A stretch of DNA of 64,000 bases. Source: Balanoglossus misakiensis. Lineage: Eukaryota; Animalia; Hemichordata. Below the pieces are notes generated by a model that worked only from the letters and a program-made list of their open reading frames with translations, had not been told where the DNA came from and searched no databases. The DNA is taken from positions 8,229,313 to 8,293,312 of the forward strand of contig CM082581.2 of the NCBI GenBank assembly GCA_040954595.2. The letters run 5' to 3'. Shown one piece after another: positions 27,901-42,700 of the stretch; positions within the stretch are counted from its first letter, which is position 1, and each line of letters begins with the position of its first letter. The position numbers were made by a program, and so were the translations under genes.

Positions 27901-30240
27901 ATTAACACTAATACCGGTCATTAATTTTTCATTTGGCAAACATTTCCCTTCAATTATACATAACACAGGAGCCGGAGATCAAATCAACATCAAAGTTTTA
28001 GCTTCTCCCGTTGAATCGCCGCAATAAAGTCAAATAGAGGAGCCCAAGTCGAAGTATTTCAATCACCATTCAGAAATCTTGATAAGACATAATGCGTATC
28101 GCTGTGTTATTGGCGAGGCAAGAACTTAAAGTGTGCAATATTTTATGAGAAATCCTCTTAAAGCGTATCTTGATTTATTTTTCATTACCCGGGACATAGA
28201 TACGAGTACAAGTCTTTTAAATCAGTGGCATGCATAATACAACTGTAATCTCGGGTAATTTTCGTATTTTGGAATAATGATTTCCCTCAGGTACAATATG
28301 TGGCATTGCAATTACTACAAATTGACTTTTCCCAAATAGCGATTGTTCATATTTTATGTACTTATATTTCTTTGCCCCGCGTGTGATTTTGCAAATTCAT
28401 CTATTGAAAAGCAGCAATGGAGCCGGTGTGTTGCAGATTATCGGGGGGAAAACTGGAAATTGGAACGATATCACAGTGAATTCCTTTCGGAAATTAACAA
28501 GGAGAAGTGAAAATAAATGACTGGTTTAATCTATGATATACGGCGCGACTCTGACACGTCTGTCCTCCGGGGCGCGTTGCCGTAAAGTTGCATGATTGTA
28601 CACCGACTTTCTAAAACTACTAAGGCTATATTAATTAGACTGTGGCTCTCTCGTGTTAAAGGACTGCGTTTTGACAAACACGTACGCTTAATAGGAGTGT
28701 CTTTATGGGGGCATCGATCCCCCCTAGAGTAAAAACAAATGAAATGATAATATATAACGACGCGACCCATCCTGCGTAGCAATGGATGGGTGATAAATCG
28801 CTATTTCTTTACTGCCCCTCGTTAGCGGGGATTTTCTCCGTGGCGCAGTGAAATTGATAAAATGAATGATCTACCTATATGCTATATAGTGTAGGTTGCT
28901 TTGTGATTGGGCAGATAATCGACCGTTTCAGATGTGCAAGAAAGAAACAATTTGTCCGGGAACGAAATCGACGCAAAATATCCATGTACTTAGCGGGCCT
29001 GAATGGCCGTGGCTGTCTATCGACAACGGAACTGACACGAATGGGGGTTATTTCTTCAGTTATATCCTGACCTAGTGAAAAAAGAATATATTAAAAGTGG
29101 ATATACGGACCATAACAATTAATAGGTTCTTTTGGGCCTATTTAGGGGTTACGTTGTTATTGGGAAATGTGCCGACCAGCTTGACGGTAGCTATGACCAC
29201 CTGTTGGCTTGGCTCACGCGCAAACTGCATCCGATGTTTGCCATCAAATTGGCTGTTGACATTACTCGAGTGGGTCATTTCCCAGCGGAGCTGTTGGAGA
29301 TCGGCGGATTTTATGTTCAATGCACTGGGAGGATGTACTCCGCCAGCAGATTGTCATCGCCGCGATGTCGATGCAGCTTCCACGCAGTCAGTCGCGTGGT
29401 CGTCTCCGATCGCTGACGACGAAGTCAAACTGTCTGCGCGGAATTGGAATTTCGACCGACCGGGCCGATCGATCGATTTCAGTGATCGAAACCAATCTTA
29501 AATTTAGTGGAGAGACTATGACCTTTAAATAAGATCTGTTTGGTTCCTCCACTTTTACAGTGACACTACAATGTAGATCGGGTGTGATATGGTAATGTTG
29601 TCTTGGGGGTCAGAGTTTCAGGTCAATTTTTTGTTACAACAGTCTCTCGCAGCTTGGTTTTCTGTATACACTCCAGCTATTTTTAGTCACTAGGTAATTT
29701 ACACATCAAATTTTCCCGCATTTTATGTAAATCACCCCAACTGGTCAGTCTTACGTAACACCTACCATTCATTCAAAATCGCTGTCAGTTCCACTTAGGC
29801 TCTCGGCATGTTACGTCCATGCTCTCGGCAAGTGAGTACAGTGTTCCTTTACCTCCTATTCATCTTTGCGTATTTTAGTTTAAACCTCTTATTTTACACC
29901 ATTTTTTATATCACTTATTGCAGCGTTTTGCAATGTACTGCAGCGTATACGTTCAGTATTCAGTATTATTCTAAAGGCGATTAAATTGTAATAGCAGAGG
30001 CTCTCACACCTTTCTCCATGACTGACGAGTGTGAATGTGACATTTTATGTCAAATGTTGATACAGTAGTAAGTTGAAAGTTTTGGGCTTTTAAATGTTAA
30101 TAGTTCAGATTGAGTGGTTTAAAAGCTTACGCTGGTGACGAACAGACATCGCTGCACATAAAAATAAGTCAACCGGAAAAGGTGGCACTGGATTGCTGCT
30201 CATATTCCCGTGAGAAGAATCAGCAAGTGTGAGAGGCAGC

Positions 30241-30362
30241 GTGGGGACAAAGGCGAGGGGGAGGGAGGAGGCGGAGAGGAGGGATTGTACGGGGAGGTTT
30301 GAGGCGGGGGAATGGATGCACGGAGGTTGCAAGGTCAGCCAGGGGGTGGAGGGGGGGGGGGA
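30241..30362 (+). other. Purine/G-rich tract with G-quadruplex potential
   Basis: Many G3-G10 runs, e.g. GGGGGAGGG...GGG...GGGG...GGGGG and GGGGGTGGAGGGGGGGGGG. Confidence 0.55.
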
Positions 30363-33300
30363 TTTTCAAAGCATGGGACGCATTGTCCCGTTTCATGTCC
30401 GCCATCGAGCGTCCTTTGCGGTCGTTTAAAGATTGATACTCCCTGCACATACAATGAGCTCTAATTTGCCTCTTCTTTCGACGCAGGTTGAATTTTTCAT
30501 CGGATTTTCCTTGAAGTCAGAGCCTGTTTTTGTTTCGTATTCAAGCCGGGAACGAGTAATAGAAAACGGAGAGGGATTCGGCACCGTGATATCGCGGCGA
30601 GGACTAACGGGCGACGAAGAGGCTAAATATCGGGGGCAAAGGTCACCGTTAATAGTGATTACTCACGAGAGCAATGCAACGTGACGACAATTACGATACA
30701 CGGTAGGATGTCGTTTATATGCCTTGAATCCGTGTAAGACGCAGATAAACGGAGACCCTCTAACAGTCATGGTTCTACTTTCGAATTATTTTAATGAAAG
30801 TGACCGATGATCGTGAGCTTTACGTCACACTATCCTTGGTCTGAGTCGGAGGGGGTGGGGGGGGGGGGTGGGTTCAGAGAAATTGGAACGACTCTCCACG
30901 TGTCACCAAGCAACGTGAGACGTGAGTATAAAGCGCGTGCTCAAACGAGTCCATGTTGGTTTGGCAGTGTTCAGTTAATTGCGGGAGTAGACAGCAGTTG
31001 TGAGGAACTCCGTTAACGTTTATAACAGTGAATAAATTTAAGGAAGTAGTCCAATAGATAGCCGAGAGCATCGTCCATAGTACACGGTTTGACCGCTTCT
31101 AACAAAAAACAAAATACTTAATTCTCTAAATATGTGTGCCATCTTGTGGGTCCACACTCTACTGTTGGATCATAAAATAACCATGAGCTTCACCATGACA
31201 GATCAACTCCTTAAACACAGCGCAAATATAGGATAAAGATCTTTCAAACGGTTAGACGCACTTGTAAACACACCACGGCAGATGTGGAGGCATACGATAT
31301 CCTGGCCACAGTACACTCTACGTGCCCTGTCAAGTATGCTACCGACGCCTGATGAAAGTAATCCCACTGTTTTTATTTTACAATGAATACAAACCATGGC
31401 ATATCACACCTGTATAGAGTGGATAAAGTCGATTTTTTTACACGACATTGCTTGTTTTGTAAAAAGCAAAATTCCATAGGCGCAGAGATAGTACATGTAA
31501 TACACTATGGGCACTGGTCATGTTTTCGCTGTTTGTATATTTTCGTTCTGTCAGTCTACGACGATTACCTGTCGAAATACTGGATACAAATAATTCTCTA
31601 TATCGCATACTAGCCTAGCCATGTGTCTAGAAATTCTTCCTCAATTTCGATCGCCACAGGCGTGGTATTTTTGCGCACAATATCAGAAAACCGGCACCAA
31701 CAAAAAATAATGGATTAAACAATACCGGGGCTGCATCTGGTCAAACTTTTCAATCACTTCGCCACATTTGTCGCACAATGTAAGCCGGGCTTTTAGGCTT
31801 AATAAACAGTAGGCCGAGAAATCATTTCGATTGCTGTAAAGAACATCACAGGGAAAAAAACGTAATCAACTTGAAATGTATATTTCTAACTGTGATGTCG
31901 ATTTCCATGTCGATTGCTGGCGGCATTTCGTACATCGACAATAGTTGAAAGCATGCGTATAACAAAGAGAAGACACCGAAATTGACAACAGTCGGGCTTT
32001 GTACAATAAGTCGGCCATCTTCTTGAATTGGCATCTCGTCTCAAATTGATTGCAAAAAAATTGAAACTTATCCAGTCTTCGGGCATTTCATTACGTTGAA
32101 ATGCCGACTCAAATGGACTAGCAGAGCAAGACGGTAAAAAGGCAAACAACGGCAGACGGCCGAATCTGACAAATATATTGATTAAAAACGTGTTGAATGG
32201 ATATATAATCAAGACGACAGTCACTTTTTCGGCAAGCGGCGGTAAGTAAAACCAGCAAGGTGCGAACAAACGGCCGTGAAGGGTTACACGTTGAAAGAAT
32301 TACGCGAAAGGCGCGTATACGCTTGGTTGGAATGTCATTAAAATGAAACTCAGTGGCGAAGTGGTGACGATCGTTCGCTAGCCAGCGTCCATGCAGTATC
32401 CCAGTGTAATTCAACATTAAAGGGTCGTTGCCGCCAGTTTTGACACGATTTGGACCGTATTTTAGTTTCGTACACCGAAGTCACTATTCTCCCATGGCAT
32501 TGGACCAGAAACGGTGTTCAGTTTATGAATGTAACATTTATATGTGTAATGGCCGTTGTTATTGTTGACAAATGAATCCAAGCCTGGGCTTGATGCAATA
32601 TTCAAAGATAATTCTGACTGAACTCAAATTAGTGGTGTTGATAAGCAAAATTCTAGTGATTTCATCATGGTTTAGTGTTTGAACATGAAAATTCAGTATA
32701 TTAAGTATTTTTACAGAACAAAATGGCGAAAATAGCCAACATTTGAAGGCAATGGAGTTTTGAGATTAGTGTCTATACAATATGTTATGTTTCGTAAGCT
32801 TTAAGACAAGGCTACATATACCAACATTTAAATTTTTAATTGATACCCGAAACGCATCAAATAATCCGCCATATGTTGCTGAACGCTTTAAAGAGCTGAG
32901 GTGGTCATATTTCTCTCTACTTTAAATATTAAACGATTCATTTTGACCCCTTTGGTCTAACTAGAAACGATCCATCGTCAGAACGAATACTCTTCGCGGC
33001 CTGATTTTTTAAAAAAAGTTTTCTTTGCTGGGGGGGGGGGTGCTATATCTGTCAGGTCGATCAGCCAAACTTGGCTTTAAAGCGTTGACCACAACTGCAG
33101 TCTGTAGTCTTTGGGGCAAATAAACGCAGAACGCAGTATACACACACACACACACTCAAATTCATGTATATTTCACACCCTGCTGGTAAAAATACACGTA
33201 TTTCAAAGCGATATGCGCATGCGCCGTTTGGCACGCTCCCAGATTCATTTTGCGGCGCGGCTTCCACAGGGATAAGGATGTCTCCTTATCTATATTTAAT

Positions 33301-35621
33301 TTCAAATAAAAACAGCGAATAAACGATGAAACTGCTGATTTTTACACTAAGCGGAAGTTGTCTTTTTCTCGCCCGAGAATACTGGGGAGACAATCCCGCG
33401 AAAGTCGCCTTTGAAGATGAAACACGCAAGTGTTAACAGAACAGACGGCGAAGATGAGATAGAAAATATCACATTACAAAATTATACTGATTTGAAAAGG
33501 AAAATACCACGGTGAAACGAGCCAAATCGCTGGAAATAAGTGGTGACTGTCTGTTTTTTTCGGATAATTGTATACTTTATAGTGGCAATCTTGTACACCC
33601 TTAGGTGTGAATGTAATGGCGCAGCTGGTATGCGCTTCTGTCTTGCTGTGGTCTTCTTTAGAAATAAAGATGTCTGTAGGAAAAGGTGATCTCGTCACGA
33701 CAATAAGCCTCCATTTACATTTTGGCGATTTTTTCAGAGCGCATTCAAGATTCAGAGATGTAATCAATTCAAGCTGCAGCGAATGTAGTCCGCTCCATAC
33801 CACCGGCAACGAACCCTTTTCTACCAGCAACACAAAAAGGGATTACTAGTAATAACAGCGTTCGGTTTAATTCAACCAGTGGGGGGAAATGGAATGAACG
33901 GGAGAAGAAGAAAGTCAACTTTGTTTGTCAGAACGGCAGTGTGTTGTATTTCGCGGTGTACACACGGATATTGTACTTCCTTTCGCTTTCATCACACTGA
34001 TTCAAAAATAACTTCTGAAAGTGTCGGATTTCTTCTTCAGCGGAATATGTTACTCAGACGCCTCGAATATTATTACCCAGATGCCCCGAAAACCCTCGCC
34101 CTGACTGTAACTGGCGCCGGCGCAAACTCGCTTCCTGTTTTAAAGCAAAGATGCAAAGCGCATGATCAAGTGCAAATTTACGACATCTGTGAAGCTGTAT
34201 ATGACGTGTAACCCCTAGCAACAAAGGTTGCATAGTGAACGTCTCATATTAGTTTAGTCGAAAGATTGGATTCTTCTGCTAGAGTCACGATCCTATCAGA
34301 ATAATTCTTTTAATTTCCAACAACGTTCGAAACTCAATGAATTGACATTTCGCTGTTGCTCTCGGCTACAAGGGAAGATGGAACAACGCTTGTTGGATCT
34401 ATCACGATCCCTTTAATAATAAATTCTTTGAATGTTGATAAATGGAGGAAAATGTCATAACTTCAACATTTCTGTGGTCTCTGAATGTGTACACGCGTGG
34501 TGCCCTTTTTACGCTGTATGGTTCTATTACCACTTTTCGTTTCAGTGCGCGGTTGAAAAACAGCACGTCTAGCAAAGTTGATATGCAGCTGAAGTTATAC
34601 ATGAGAGATCAACAATATTCGATACAAGCTCCGACATTTTACCCGGTAAAAAATAAAACAAAGATAGTTGATAACAATAACAAAAGAGCATCTTTGCCAT
34701 TTATTATGATTAAATCAAAAAATTTCTGACTTGCAAATATTTACCTTCTTAGATGGAAGGGAGCAGGAAGGGAATGGACGATAAGAGAGAATGCACGAAC
34801 CATTTTAAGTGTGCTGAATTTTTCGAAAGAAAGGGGCTGTTCTCTTAATACTCTTTTTTGGAAGAATTACTCACAACACACGTATGTAGACGATTCCAGA
34901 ATTCACACAGAGAAGCATTTGGTTCATTCGTTATATAGGGTCATAGCTCGTCGAAAATAATTAAAATATTCAACTCACTTCGTGTTCCGGTGTCCTAAAT
35001 ATAACAAAAAAGCGAACTCTTCATTAAAATATAGCCATATTAATCGTTAGTATTCGTTATTATTTGACAGGAAAAGGGTAGAGTCCCTTCGCACTGCTAG
35101 CTGTCCTTCAAAAGTGAGCCAGTACACCGGCTTTAGCTATTTTTTTCCATCTTTCTACCTGGAAACGGAATATGGTTTTAATTCCAAGGGGGATGTCTGT
35201 GACAATCAGAAGGCCACCGCTCTGATTAGGGTAGAAGCCATTGTGAACGATGCCTGGTAGCGGCCGAAAACCCGAGGCGCTATACATTAGAGCTAGCAGA
35301 GAAAGAACAAGCACTGAAATTAATATCAATTGCAGTCATTTGACTGCATATACGTGGACCAAAATTACTATCGATTCTTGTAATTTAATTGAGTAGTCGG
35401 ATTTGACTGCAAGCGATACGGGGGACCTCTGATCAGACATGGGCGAGCGTCTCTTTTGTTTTTACAAAGGTTATCCCGCTAATTGGTGGAACCGTCAAGC
35501 GGCGTGCGCGTACGTGTGGCGGCGCGGGGAGAAAGTCGGTATAAAACGCGATGCAACAGGAGGGGACTGGAAAAAAAGATGAAGTTAAAGTTTAAAGTTT
35601 AAAAGATGCGTACATGTACAT

Positions 35622-35632
35622 ACAGACGGACA

Positions 35633-35665
<33 letters not shown>

Positions 35666-35690
35666 ACAGACAGACAGATAGATAAATAGA
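35622..35690 (+). repeat. (CAGG)n-(CAGA)n-(TAGA)n compound microsatellite
   Basis: Read directly. Confidence 0.9.
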
Positions 35691-37940
35691 CATTCCGATT
35701 GTACAAAATACATGTATTGTGATTCAGCCTGTCACAATGGACATGCCTTTATTTGCGAACCCTGGTCCGTTTCCATGCGAAAAGCAGGCGTTACTGTGGT
35801 AACAGTTACAAACACGGAGTTCAATCAGTCGCTAAGTAGCTCTTGAAATGCAATAATAACCCCCTCACCTCGAGTTAGACTCCCGATTCGAATCAGCGAA
35901 ACGTCAACAAACCATGAAATCAGGGGACCACGCGGTTGCGTCTGTCATTATTCCAACGAGTCAGACGGAAAATATTGACCGACAAGCAATTTCCAAAGTT
36001 TCCGTCTACGTAATTCAGAAATCAATTGCTCGCATTAGGTAAAGCATTACACTCTGGGTAATTCGAAATTTGTGCAAAACCGTGTTAACTTCAATCAAAC
36101 CTGTCTGACCGTTCTAAAAAGTTAATTAACTATGCCAAATATTACTGTAAGGTGGCTTTAAGCTTTGTCAGAGCTTGTAGACCGTGATGTCGGAACGACG
36201 GAATTCAATTCGCGCGTTTTCTGCCTCTTGGCCTCTGGTTAAGAGCATTTGCAACTTCTTATGAAAAAGATTGCTTTTAGAGATTACTTATAAGGCAAAT
36301 TATATACGTGTATATTGGCCTTTTAAGGTCTTAATTGACGTTGGGAGAAAATTTTGCGGTTTATCCACATTCGCCATTTTCAGAGTACAGCCTTTATTTA
36401 GATTCGTAACTCTGTACCGTTCGGATTTAAATGTGATCATTGTTCATACTTATGTGCTTTATTTTGTTCTTAAAGATGCAGTCTATTTATACTGTCCTAC
36501 TTAGTGTAAAATTCAAACTAATACCTTGATGGTACTTTTCCCGCCATTTTGGCAAGGCCAGCGCATGACTCGCACACTGACTCGCGCGCATGTAGGTGGG
36601 TACATGTATAAGGAGTTCATTAACGTGCCTGTAGATCATATAATATGCTTATACGATCGACTTATTCATCCACACGTACAGCGGGAGTGGTGTTTTATTG
36701 TAAAAAAAAACAGGTATGTTTCATCGAAAGCCTCGGAGCAAGATGTGTCAAATTCTGAAATGAACAAAAGTAACCATTTGAAAGATGGCGACCAGACATG
36801 CACACAAAAAGACTGGGAAGATATGGAGAGAGAAAAAAAGAGAGAGAGGGGGGGGGGGGAGAGAGGGAGAGATAGACGACAGACACAGTGGTGCGTAAAT
36901 TTGAAGTTTTCAACAAAAACCCTCTATTCCATCGCGACTGACCAAATTTGGTCACGTGGACAATTCTCTCGTTGGATTAAACCGCGGATGTATGTCCTCG
37001 TCTGATTGGATAGATCTCTGACAATTAAATGAATCGGCAGACATGCTGTCCAAAGAATCGGTCTTTTTGTAAAAAAAAAATCCATAACGACTGACAAGAA
37101 TCTTGCTTACACAACCGTAGTTTTCTGATGTTTGCGGTTTCTTGGAGAAGACTGTTTCAAAAGCCTGCTAAGCTAATTGGAAAAGTAAGGTTTTCCGAGC
37201 GTGTGCGCGCCCGTTTTTTGGGTCGATGTAAGATGCACAAAGAGGCAGTTCGTGTCATTACGAGACTTCCATAAACAAAACTAATTATGCATCGTCCGTC
37301 TCGTCAAATGCCATTTCTCGACTCAGCGTGGAACCCGCCGAAATGTTTCCCCCTCAGGCAACGGCAAAGAGTTGTAAAGAATACGCAACATATCTGACCT
37401 TCTCGCTTGTTGCCAGCGATAAAATTATAAGCCCAGTCATTACCTTTTCCATCATAGCACATGCACGCCATTAAATCGTCTCAAGCCTCGATCTTTTTTT
37501 CAATGGCGAGACTATAAGGACTTTCGTTGAACGGGGGAGATCTGGAAGCTTTGAACACGGATCATAAAGGCTTCGGGATGCAAATTTTTCATCAACCGCC
37601 TTGCCACTTGTGACGAAGCAACGAGAAGTTCGGTGTGAGAGATTCGTCTAAATTTTTGAAAGACGATGCAAGGACCGGATGCAAGAAAAATCTCCCGAGG
37701 TCAGGGCAAGACATGAAGATGTCATACTGAACGGCGAAATGATGCTACACTAGAATACGTCCAGTAAACTTGCTTTATGCTTAGAAGTAGCGTTTGTTTA
37801 TTCTCCTGCGTTTTTTTGACAAAGAAAGAAACTCAAGTAAGAGTTTCGATATTTTAAATCGGATGGTATGCGGTTATGGTAAAAGTACCTCTTCATTACC
37901 TTTGTCCCGCCATTTGAATATTTTTAGTCAACCTAACAAC

Positions 37941-38123
37941 CCAGCCAGTCAGTCAGTGAGTCAGTGAGAGAGTCAGTCAGTCAGTCAGTCAGTCAGTCAG
38001 TCAATCAATCAATCAATCAATCAATCAGTCAATCAGTCAATCAGTCAATCAGTCAATCAATCAATTAATCAGTCAATCAATCAGTCAATCAGTCAGTCGT
38101 CAGTCGATCAATCAATCAATCAG
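37941..38123 (+). repeat. (AGTC)n/(AATC)n compound microsatellite with alternating 8-bp AGTCAATC units
   Basis: Read directly. Confidence 0.92.
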
Positions 38124-39617
38124 CAAGTCTAATAATATAACAGAACATGTTTTTTCTCCTGAATATAAATTTCATGAATATTTGATATTCCGAAATGCAC
38201 ACACATGACGCTTATTACCACACTCCAAGTTTGTTTATTTCAGCTTATAACGCTGGAGTGCATCTGAGCGAGCACAGAGGTCCGCGCTGGCTCCTAATTA
38301 GCTCCAAAAACCCCGGCAATAATTGGGCGGTGAAGGGTTTTCCTGCAAACTAACACCTCTGAAGTCGGTCTCACTGAGTCAATAACTAACAGCGCAGTAA
38401 CTAGACACCCCGGACTATACGGTTACTTTGAGACTAAATTAACAATAGGGGCAGACACTAAAGCTTTTCGTCCCACAGGATCGGTTCGCGCAGCTTTCAA
38501 TCCAACTAATTGGTAACCCTTTATCTACGCCTTGAAACGCGATCTGTGATTGGCAAGGGCAGCATTTCACATGATTGCCGCTCGTTCTCATTAAATTGCC
38601 GATTCTACTAATTTTCCGGTCATCCTTTTTCTCCCCGAACTGATTGGTTCGAAAGTTGACGTTAAAACTTGGCCACTTGAGACATCGAATGAATGTGAAT
38701 ACAATTTTTTCTTCTTCTTACGAATGATGCTTTTTCATCCCGATTCTCCGTCGATCGGGTTCTCAATACTAATACCGTTGTTAAGCGCCATGAATAAGCA
38801 AAAAATATTCCTTGAAACCGTATGCACTCACAATCTTAAACGATCAGCCTCGGCTCAGATTTCATGTATTCTGGAGCTTGATCTTGCATGGATAGCAGGA
38901 AAGAGTGTACCCAATTACGGGGCTCTCTCAGGCACATTACATGGCGATTTGCTGCAAACGGCGGAAATTGGTACAAGCCATTAAGTCTAAATGGTCTGAT
39001 AAGAACGTATCGAGGGCTTTTAAACACAATATTTCTTAATAACGAGAATCGCGGCAACTATGGCATATCATTTGGGTATTCCGATCACAATATTTCGGTC
39101 TAAGTATATTTTTTTAAATCTGCAATGTTTCCTTAAGCCCGATCATCGTACGCTTTCCTATTAGTAAGCCCCACCCGACCGATGGTAATTATTTCCACCC
39201 ATTGTGAAATCTGGTGAAATCGTTTTCGGCGGCGTACAAATCGCGCGAGCATTTTGTGCGCTCAAGCCATTGTGCCCACTTGTTCATTTCACATTCATAC
39301 GATGTCGATTACAAAGGACACGTGACATCAAGTAGTAATGATAATCAGTGAAAAGCAGATTTTGTACACAAACCCTATGTTTGATTTCTGCTTGTACCGT
39401 GTCAATATCAGCGTTTTAATGAACGGCAGAGGTCTATAACATAACAAATACGAGGAGGAACTAAGTTTTATTGGTTTCGTGATGCGCTTGTTGACTGGAG
39501 AAGGTGGGCGTGCGAGAACATTCGGATCGTGGTAGTCTTTAGTGTTCAGAAAGAGGGATAGAGGGGAGAGGAGAAAATGGAGAGGTGGTAAGAGAGAGTT
39601 ACAGATAGAGAGAGAGT

Positions 39618-39765
<148 letters not shown>

Positions 39766-42700
39766 CACATAATTTTCCTTTACATATGATATTTACACAC
39801 GACTGAAAAAAAACGTGAATAAATTATAAGTGACGGCAGCTTTTGATAATCTTTTCAAACTAGACGAACTGTAAAAATATCCGTTTTGTACATGAATTCC
39901 ATAATTCGCGCGCAAAAAAATTGTGCGCACCAACAAAGAAACCTGCAGTACAATCCAAAATAAGATTATGCTGGGGAAGTCATTCCTGAATGAAGTTGAC
40001 AAATTCGTTCCAATCGCCTTTAAGTTGTCTTTATCCGACTAAAGACGCTAAACATATGGTCGCTCTTACCTTGTGTGTCACTAAATGCTTTTCCAATCAG
40101 CCATTGGCAAATTAAACATAATTTTACACGCTTCTCCAGCAAGGCTAATAATTGAACACAAATTTATCACGCATAGATGGTTTTGATTTAGAGTTATCTA
40201 AATTGAACTTGGCAACGACGTCGACTGTGACCATAAGTCTTGCAGTATTAATGGGGTAGCTTTTAACACTCAGCTTTGTTGGAATATTTTATTTTTATTT
40301 GACCATATGATGTATCATAATGGTTTATTTTCTGCGTGTATACATGTATAGGGATGACTGGACGTTGACCGATCAATGACAGAGGTGTGAAAGGTATAGG
40401 CGGTGATCAAAAGATCCCTCTTCTCGCAAGATAGAAAAACAAGACACAACAAAGACTTTCCAGAGAGCATGTCGGCACAGGAACAGACGAGGTTTGCTCG
40501 CTCAGCGGTGGTGAATAGACACGGGAGGGATGGGGGGAGACGCATCTCTAACTGGCAATCGCAGAGCAGTGAAAAGGGAGACTTGAGCATGCAATCATTC
40601 AGTATTCACGCTAACAAAAGACCGGCGAAGAATGCCATTTTTTGCGTTTTTTTTGTTCACCAGCTTGACGAATTCGTGACCAGAACTGCAGCGCCGAGAA
40701 GGTCTCGCTGCTAACAATCTCATTTCGCCTGCGGATGAGGCAGGAGTGCTTTATTAGACTTATGGAGAATTTCTCACTTTTGAACAGAGAAGTGCCTGTT
40801 CAGACTGAAAGGGATTCTTTGAGAGGGAAATCTGTTATTCAAACGACGTCTCCATTTAGGCTGTATTTTGAAAAATTGACACGATTTGAGAGCATAATTA
40901 AGAGTTATTCTTGGCCCAAGGAGTAAACACCGCTTTTTAATCGAAAGCCGCGTTCTTCTTTGATTTATTTCCCAGTGTATTTGGAGTGCGCCGTATTCTT
41001 CTTCAAATGACGTTCGCTTTCGGTTTCTGACATGATGCACGTTTCATGAGGTTCTTAATCATGTCGACAAGAGCGGAAAAGTCACGGATTCGACCACAAA
41101 CAGAATACTTACGTACAGCTGTAATTTATCCGACTCGAATCAATCACGCGTTCTACGTTTCCATCGTTATATAATTTGACGACTTAAAGAAGAAAGTCTG
41201 AATAACTTCCACGGAAATTAGTCGAATTTATGCCGCGCTGTGTTCACTGTTTTCTTCGACATTTAGTCGATGCCGGCGGCAGTACACGGCAAAAGATGTG
41301 TAATTACCGGGGAGGAAGCGTAATTGCCAAATAGTAAAATTACATGATTGTGATGCGACCCGGTTAGTCGACCGTATGTCACGTATCATACGCTCCTACA
41401 AGGATTATCGTTCGTTGAAAGATTCCAAATTCAAGTTCGGGACTCTTCTCATCTTTTCCGGACTTTATATTTTTGCCCGTTTTGCCAACGCTGTGTATAG
41501 GAGAGAATTTCTCTTGGACGTTTTTAGTTTGTAAGCGGGTTGGTTTGTCCGTTTCCGATCACGCTTCGAAGCCGAAATTGATGAAACAAAACAAACGAAC
41601 GAAAATGAAGAATGTCAAGTTTAAGGACGAAGATCTCGTGCGATTAGTTTTAAAGCAACCCAGAGTGAGATTTTGTGCACATCTGAGTGATTTGTAAGTG
41701 GAATCAGTCGCGCCCTTGCTCGCCCATCTGTTCCCTGAACAGAAAGAAAGCATCCCTGCGCGCGCGGAGAATACCGAAGTACATGCTATGTACTTTCACG
41801 GTTTAATGATCAATGTATAACCAAGCTTGTCGTCGAAATAAATAAACATTTGAAAACAACTTCTCGTGTTTACAGTTGGATGCCGGGAGGAGAAGACGTT
41901 TCATTGTTCGGTAAAACGGTAGCCCTCCTTTGTCGCACGTACATGTACGATCGACTCCGTTGAACTGGATCATGTGAATCAGCCCCTCCAACGAAAAAAG
42001 CTCGTGTAGTAAATCGCTTTCAACTTCTCTGCTTCAGAATAGTTTTGAATATTTTATTCCCGTTTCGCCTCTCCCATGGCACGCGTAAGTAAGCTTATAA
42101 ACCCTAAGTGACTAAGTCCGCGTCTCTGGGGAGATGCGAGCATACATGTAATATTACACCAGACAAGCACAAAACATGTACCGATTTAGTTATGTTATTT
42201 CCATCATATCAGCGGAGCGCTCTTAGCTGCTGGCTTGCTCTCAAAATCTCTGCGAAAACACACACAAAAAAGTTAAGTACACAGAGACCGTAAAATTGGT
42301 CCCTATCACAATATCTATCTTGTAAGTACCATTGCCGGGGCATGATCATCGGTGCGTCTCCCGTGCGTTTGTTTGCAGAAGTTGAAATCAAACTGTTTGT
42401 ATTTTTAATAGAGGGCTTCAAATGTCCACAAATACTGTCACTTTCCGCCCTTATCTGAGTAAATTTTCGTGGGTAATGCCACCCGGTGTTTGACTACAGA
42501 CTATCAAAGCGGGTCATCTCGGGGCAGCACGGCACAGAATTTATAATGACACCGCCAAAATGGGTTTAATTGTGCTTCAATGAGAGCCATTTTCTTAAAT
42601 TCGGAGAGGCGATAAGACTGGGGCAGCGGACAATGTATCCGTAATGGGTCGTGATGTCACTGACTAAATCAACAAAAAAAAAACGCTTATCTCCCCCTAT

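Noticed and set aside
28442-28490. miRNA-like TATCACAGTGAATTCC (resembles miR-128 or miR-2 seeds) in a weak hairpin
   Set aside because: The match is limited to the 5' ~10 nt, and the stem relies on several G-U pairs and bulges.
35717-35745. Resemblance to miR-2001 (TTGTGA...ACAATGGRCAT)
   Set aside because: It needs a 6-nt insertion plus mismatches and spans the loop rather than one arm.
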